From the NCBI GenBank assembly GCA_031316235.1, contig JALDRA010000001.1, positions 3,990,001 to 4,022,000 on the forward strand: a stretch of 32,000 nucleotides of DNA. Direction: 5' to 3'. Made by a program: the position numbers and the translations under genes. This document shows, piece after piece, positions 27,416 to 32,000 of this stretch. A model generated the notes under the pieces. The model saw only the letters and a program-made list of their open reading frames with translations, had not been told where the DNA came from and searched no databases. The stretch comes from Candidatus Scalindua sp. Its GTDB lineage: Bacteria; Planctomycetota; Brocadiia; Brocadiales; Scalinduaceae. Within the stretch, counting starts at the first letter, position 1. The number at the start of each line of letters is the position of its first letter.

Positions 27416-27549
27416 GGGCAGGCATTGCCTGCCAATAAAAATCATCATCATAATAATTTGTTCATTATTAAAATAGTTATACCCATTTCAAAAATTTAAC
27501 CCTATAAATTTCTCGTCTTACTATAAATGACGGCAGGCAATGCCTACCC
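27416..27549. repeat. Two 18-nt GC-rich palindromic hairpins in inverted orientation around a 98-nt AT-rich spacer
   Basis: GGGCAGGCATTGCCTGCC (27416-27433) matches the reverse complement of 27532-27549 (GGGTAGGCATTGCCTGCC) at 17/18 positions. Each is self-complementary. They lie between the convergent hicA and the restriction-like gene and may act as terminators. Confidence 0.5.
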
Positions 27550-27606
27550 AACGTGACTACTTGACTGACACACCCCTGTTTCATCTCCTGCTTTTTTGTC
27601 ATAGGC

Positions 27607-30600
27607 TTACCCAACGGCCATTTTAGCTGAATCTCTCCAGAGATAAGGAGGCATTGGCTCATTAAGTTTCCATTGTATACTCATAGGTTTTGACCCGTAA
27701 TGATCGATTAGGTTTCCTTCTCCAAGAAAAACAAATGACATTGTAATACCAAATTCATCTTTGTTTTTTTCACGGACAAAAAGGAGGATTTTCTTCCCTC
27801 TTTCTTTATGCTGTATATAGGATAATCCTTTTCCACTATCTGGCTTAGCTTCGTTTTGTGACTGCCAGTGAAAAATAGTTTCGCTAATAGCAAAATCGTT
27901 ATATAAAGTAGTGGGTGAGAAATCCTTTTCGGACTTAATAAGAGTAACAAAAAGCAATTCTGTGTTTTTCTCTTTACTAAAGGCAACACCTTCTCTTATT
28001 TCACTTTTTTTTGTGAATGAATGAAAACCAAATGCTGCTAATATTTGTTCCCTTGTATATCTACTGTGAACTTTAAGAGGTTGTGAAAAGGGAAGCTCAA
28101 TGTCTCTTTCAATAAAGTCTATTTTGTCAATTAGTATTTCAAATACCTCAATTATTTCTTCAGTCAGGATTTCATTCTCTCCGATTGCTTTGATACTTTC
28201 TTCAAGGGAGTTAAAATTGCCAGCTGTTTGCCACACATCATAATGGAGCATTAGACACATAGCTTTTTCTTCTTCGTTGAATTGATTAAAATGAATACGA
28301 AAATTTCTCTTTGCTAGTGATAAAACAAACTTAAAATAGGAATTCGAAATGGATGAAAGCCATTTATTATTTATTGCTCTACAAATCACCTTTTCATTAG
28401 TAGTAGAGTAATCTTTAATTTGTTCTGCTAAAAAACATAATTTTTTCCAGTTTCCTTTTTTGTAAATATTTTTAAGAGGAATATGGTAGAAGTTTGAAAA
28501 GTTTTTTAGATTAAGCGGTAAAGTTGTTTGGTGATTAAAATTTCTGATCTTTGTAAGCAATTGATTTCTGTTAAATGATGTTGCTTTTCTAATGTTTTGA
28601 AGAATGGACTCCTTTGCTTTTTTCTCCAAAATAATTGTACATCCCAAAGGTAGGTGAGGAAAATCATCTTCAATTTCTTTTTTAATAGAAGTATTTGTTT
28701 TTCCAACCAATGCTCTAAATTTCCCTTCAAAATCATATTCTGGCCGTGAGTTACCAACGAAATCTAATACAGTCAAACAATCTTTCCCCTCTGCTAATCG
28801 CAAGCCTCTTCCAAGCTGCTGAAGAAAAATTGTTAAGCTCTCTGTTGGTCGCAGAAACAGTAGCGTATCAATATCTGGCAAGTCAACTCCTTCATTGAAA
28901 ATATCAACAACAAAAAGGTAATTGATTTCCTTTTTTAGTAACTTCGTTCTTAGCTCATTTCTTAAATGGCTGTTTGAACTTACTAAATAATCCGCTTTCA
29001 AACCAGCTAGCGAAAACTTTTCAGCCATGTATTCAGCATGTTCTTGTGTTACGCAAAAACAAAGTGCTCTTACCTCATTAATATCTTTGAGATATTTATT
29101 TAGATTGTTAATTATCTCACCAACTCTTTTGTCATTATGCGTATAGATTTGTGTTAATTCGCCTGGTAAATATCTTCCATTACGCCAATCTACGCGTGAC
29201 AAATCAATGCTGTCTGTAACTCCAAAATATTGAAAAGGACAAAGTAATTTCCTATTCAATGCTTCTGGTAATCTTATTTCAGCAGCAATCCTGCCACAGA
29301 AGTCTTTGAGAATATCTTCACCATCCATTCTTTCAGGTGTGGCTGTCAGTCCTAAAATTATGTCTGGCTCGAAATGGTTTAAAATAGGCCGGTAACTTGA
29401 TGCAGCTATGTGATGAACTTCATCTACAATTATGAAATTATAAAATATTTTGGAAATATTCCATGAATCAATTCTGTTCTTCAGTGTTTGTACCGAAGCA
29501 AAAATACAATCATATGTTTCTGGTTCAATTCCATCAACCCATAATTCACCAAAATTGTTATCTCTTAAAATTCCCTGAAAAGTTGCTTGTGCTTGTTGCA
29601 ATATTTCTTTCCTGTGGGCAACAAATAAAAGTTTAGCCCCAGTGTTTTGTTTTCTGAAACTCTTAAAATCAAATGCAGATATAACAGTTTTACCGGTCCC
29701 AGTGGCTGCGACAATTAGATTACTATAACGATTATGAACTGTTCTTTCTGCTTCCAGCCTTTCTAAAATTTCTTCCTGATAATGATAAGGCTTAATGTCA
29801 AAATATACCGAGGGGTCGTTTCTTTCTGTAATTCGTTCCCCTTTGATAGCATCTCTTAGTTTTTCAGAATGATCTGCCTTATTAAATAACTCAAATTCTC
29901 TATCTTGCCAATAAGTATCAAATGTTTTTTGAAACTTATTAATAATGTGGCCAACCTCTTTTGTTGTTACTTTGAGATTCCATTCTAAGCCGTTAGTTAA
30001 AGCTGAACGAGAAATATTTGACGAACCTATATAGCCAGTATGAAATCCGGTATTTCTACAAAACAAATATGCTTTTGCATGCAGTCTTTCATTATTTGAA
30101 TTATATGAAACTTTTATTTCTGTGTTTCTCAATTCAGAGAGAAATTCCACCGCCTTCAGATCAGTTGCTCCCATGTAAGAAGTTGTTATTACTCTAAGTT
30201 GCCCACCTCTTTCAGTAAATTCTATTAATTCGTTTTCAAAAATTCGTATTCCTGTCCATTTGATAAATGAAACTAGAAAATTAATTCTATCTGAAGAAAG
30301 AATTTCTTTTTTGATTTCGCTTTCAAGCGAAATACCGGCATTATTGCCAGTGAATAATTCACTTTGAGACAATCTAGTGTAAGGGGTAATTTCTTTCAAG
30401 TATTTTTCAAAGTCAGAAAATCTTGCATCAATCTTCGAAAAAATAGCGGAAAGAATCTTTGCCTCTGTTCTAATCAAATCCTTATCAAACTCTTCATTGT
30501 TTAATTCATCTCGTAATAGAATAATAATTTTGTTAGACAGCTCAATTTGCTTTTCAATATTGTCATCATCAGAAATTGAATTTAAGGCAACCATGATAAC

Positions 30601-30747
30601 ATCACATAAATATTGTGATAAAAAGCCAGCCGCTTCGTTCTTATCAATTGTCGTTTCTTTTATGTAAAAAACATTTCTATCTAAATCATTCAATTTAGAT
30701 GAAATCAAATTACTTACAAGCTGTTCGTAAAGTCCTTGTTGGATCAT
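27607..30747 (-). CDS. PLD-family nuclease + SF2 (ResIII/DEAH) helicase + DUF3427 protein; SauUSI-like type IV (modification-dependent) restriction architecture
   Basis: 1046 aa. HKD-type nuclease motif RLHAKAYLF...GYIGSSNIS (aa ~220-245). Helicase motifs AATGTGKT (I), IIVDEVHH (II), GLTATPER (III), QQLGRGLR (VI). C-terminal ..HSRYTREQIL..LLFVTLIKSEKDFSPTTLYNDFAISETIFHWQSQ.. is typical of DUF3427. Hand-counted GC is 23-25% in the 60-nt lines at 28321 and 29401, against 42-48% in two counted lines of neighbouring genes. Confidence 0.85.
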   Translation of the reverse strand: MIQQGLYEQLVSNLISSKLNDLDRNVFYIKETTIDKNEAAGFLSQYLCDVIMVALNSISDDDNIEKQIELSNKIIILLRDELNNEEFDKDLIRTEAKILSAIFSKIDARFSDFEKYLKEITPYTRLSQSELFTGNNAGISLESEIKKEILSSDRINFLVSFIKWTGIRIFENELIEFTERGGQLRVITTSYMGATDLKAVEFLSELRNTEIKVSYNSNNERLHAKAYLFCRNTGFHTGYIGSSNISRSALTNGLEWNLKVTTKEVGHIINKFQKTFDTYWQDREFELFNKADHSEKLRDAIKGERITERNDPSVYFDIKPYHYQEEILERLEAERTVHNRYSNLIVAATGTGKTVISAFDFKSFRKQNTGAKLLFVAHRKEILQQAQATFQGILRDNNFGELWVDGIEPETYDCIFASVQTLKNRIDSWNISKIFYNFIIVDEVHHIAASSYRPILNHFEPDIILGLTATPERMDGEDILKDFCGRIAAEIRLPEALNRKLLCPFQYFGVTDSIDLSRVDWRNGRYLPGELTQIYTHNDKRVGEIINNLNKYLKDINEVRALCFCVTQEHAEYMAEKFSLAGLKADYLVSSNSHLRNELRTKLLKKEINYLFVVDIFNEGVDLPDIDTLLFLRPTESLTIFLQQLGRGLRLAEGKDCLTVLDFVGNSRPEYDFEGKFRALVGKTNTSIKKEIEDDFPHLPLGCTIILEKKAKESILQNIRKATSFNRNQLLTKIRNFNHQTTLPLNLKNFSNFYHIPLKNIYKKGNWKKLCFLAEQIKDYSTTNEKVICRAINNKWLSSISNSYFKFVLSLAKRNFRIHFNQFNEEEKAMCLMLHYDVWQTAGNFNSLEESIKAIGENEILTEEIIEVFEILIDKIDFIERDIELPFSQPLKVHSRYTREQILAAFGFHSFTKKSEIREGVAFSKEKNTELLFVTLIKSEKDFSPTTLYNDFAISETIFHWQSQNEAKPDSGKGLSYIQHKERGKKILLFVREKNKDEFGITMSFVFLGEGNLIDHYGSKPMSIQWKLNEPMPPYLWRDSAKMAVG

Positions 30748-30898
30748 AATATGGTTTTTAAAAGTTATCTACTCCTTAGGACCTGATCGTTATGCTCAAT
30801 AATGTTGAGATAAATACTATAATTGAAACAATGCTTACTCGATAAATTCTCTGTCCTTAAAATTCAGTTCGACGGTAAGATAGGTAGATTCTCATAGT

Positions 30899-31006
30899 TA
30901 TACTCATCTCATAATGGTTTTCGGAAAAAATCCGAGATAAAATTGAGCGAGTATACCTTCACCAAGATTTGATTTCCGGTAAAACCGAAAACCAAATCGG
31001 TTTTAG
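30899..31006 (-). repeat. 108-nt structured intergenic repeat, copy B (inverted relative to copy A)
   Basis: The reverse complement aligns without gaps to 17538-17645 (100/108). The stem sequence is GATTTGGTTTTCGGT-ttt-ACCGGAAATCAAATC. Confidence 0.75.
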
Positions 31007-31086
31007 AATATCTACCAGCGATTATTTTATGGAATTTTACAGTATAAGTTACTCTATTTGAATCAGTTGTAATAACCAACTTTTCC

Positions 31087-31422
31087 TCAAAAAAATAATC
31101 CTATCCGCCTTGAAACCTCAAGTATATTCCATCCTTCCAGAGACGCCTTCTTGAAATTAGAGAGTATTTTTTCAGCAGTAATAGTTACCGTAGGTTGTTC
31201 GTTTGTCTGGCTGATCTCCAGTATTTCATGCCATATATGGTCATCCTGGTTCAAATTCTCCGGCTGAAGATCTTTCAGGCCGATTTCTGATGGTATAAAA
31301 AACACTTTTTCATATAAATATTTCTCAATATCCTTTAAAGAAAACAGACCACGAATAATCACTGTATCAAACTCCTTATAATTGGCTGCGTCTCTGTATT
31401 GATACGTGAATACTGTGTTCAT
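31087..31422 (-). CDS. Hypothetical protein, 111 aa
   Basis: ATG-initiated ORF with host-like composition (~42% GC in the one 60-nt line counted). No TM or signal peptide. Distinctive YQYRDAANYK and DDHIWHE motifs. No family recognised. Confidence 0.6.
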   Translation of the reverse strand: MNTVFTYQYRDAANYKEFDTVIIRGLFSLKDIEKYLYEKVFFIPSEIGLKDLQPENLNQDDHIWHEILEISQTNEQPTVTITAEKILSNFKKASLEGWNILEVSRRIGLFF

Positions 31423-31582
31423 GATTGGGCCTTTTTTCCAGGATTAAGACGGATACTGTTTTTATTCTTATGTATACCCATGTGCAAAATAAACCGGCTT
31501 TCCGGACATAAAACCGACTCCAGCACAAAATAACAGATCAGGCTATTTCTTCCAGCAGTGGGCGGTACATATTGAGTCTTTT

Positions 31583-32000
31583 TTAAACCGGATCATTTTC
31601 CAATTGAGACAGATGCTTGATTCTCTTAAGCATATTCGGGTGTGTACTCAGCTTCTCCATCATCTTATCGCCAAATGTCAGACCAAGAGCGGCATGACGA
31701 ATCCTGGACAGCTCATAGGGATCAATGGTACCATCACGGTCCAGATCGAGCTGGCTCAAATCCCGCAGTTCACTCCTGGCGCGTGACGGATCATTCACAA
31801 AAAAGGCCTTAAGCCCCTCGGACTCTTTAAGCGCCTGCTTATCGATCCGTGCCGATCCATAAACCAGCTTATAGAGGGCGGACGCCATGACCGACGGCCG
31901 ATTGCCCAGGGCCACCGATCCTTTGTCGGCAAAATACTCCCTGATACGCGAGGCGTAAAGAACGAGCAGATTTGTAATAAAATAGAAAAAGAAGGCCGCC
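31583..32000 (-). CDS. M48-family (HtpX-like) metalloprotease, C-terminal part; the N-terminus lies beyond the right window edge
   Basis: The frame stays open from the window edge, upstream of the track's GTG at 31915: ..FFFYFITNLLVLYASRIREYFADKGSVALGNRPSVMASALYKL...LSTHPNMLKRIKHL. The SR.REY.AD and STHP...RI..L motifs are the conserved C-terminal elements of M48 peptidases. The HExxH motif would lie off-window. Confidence 0.75.
   Translation of the reverse strand, partial: AAFFFYFITNLLVLYASRIREYFADKGSVALGNRPSVMASALYKLVYGSARIDKQALKESEGLKAFFVNDPSRARSELRDLSQLDLDRDGTIDPYELSRIRHAALGLTFGDKMMEKLSTHPNMLKRIKHLSQLENDPV

Noticed and set aside
27477-27662. 61-aa minus-strand ORF overlapping the 3' end of the restriction-like gene
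   Set aside because: It is mostly a translation of the palindromic repeat and AT-rich spacer, it overlaps a strongly supported gene, and it has no motifs.
1-32000. Scan for tRNA/rRNA genes, CRISPR arrays, and intact IS elements or transposases
   Set aside because: No T-loop-type GGTTCGAATCC-like cores appear in the intergenic regions, there are no regularly spaced direct repeats, and no transposase- or integrase-like ORF is present. Only short non-autonomous repeats were found.

Overview
Densely coding bacterial chromosomal segment. Most of it is housekeeping operons, mainly on the minus strand: resB (partial) | small lipoprotein | purB-thiE-hisI | sigma-54 promoter -> CheY-like receiver-groES-groEL | UbiA-family prenyltransferase (+) | lepA-lepB-lptB-DUF2905 | monohaem cytochrome c | rph-rdgB | argB-argD-argF | ruvC | pyrD-pyrK-polA (+) | hpt. 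From ~25.1 kb to ~31.5 kb the content turns accessory. This stretch holds a decayed DUF433 relic, a PilZ domain fused to a class-I terpene-synthase-like domain, and hicB with a frameshifted hicA. It also holds a very AT-rich 1046-aa PLD-nuclease + SF2-helicase + DUF3427 gene (SauUSI-like type IV restriction architecture), an uncharacterised 111-aa ORF, and the C-terminal part of an M48/HtpX-like protease with an EF-hand-like loop. The intergenic DNA carries several structured repeats. The clearest is a 108-nt element in inverted copies at 17.5 kb and 30.9 kb (100/108 identical, and every substitution in the stem preserves pairing). The most novel-looking items are the PilZ-terpene-synthase-like fusion, the structured 108-nt repeat, and a signal peptidase I with three CxxC...CxxC knuckles in its exported domain. 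I saw no rRNA, tRNA, CRISPR array or intact transposase. My taxonomic guess is a Planctomycetota/anammox-like genome, but this is unverified. All functional calls rest on motif recognition by eye, with no database search.
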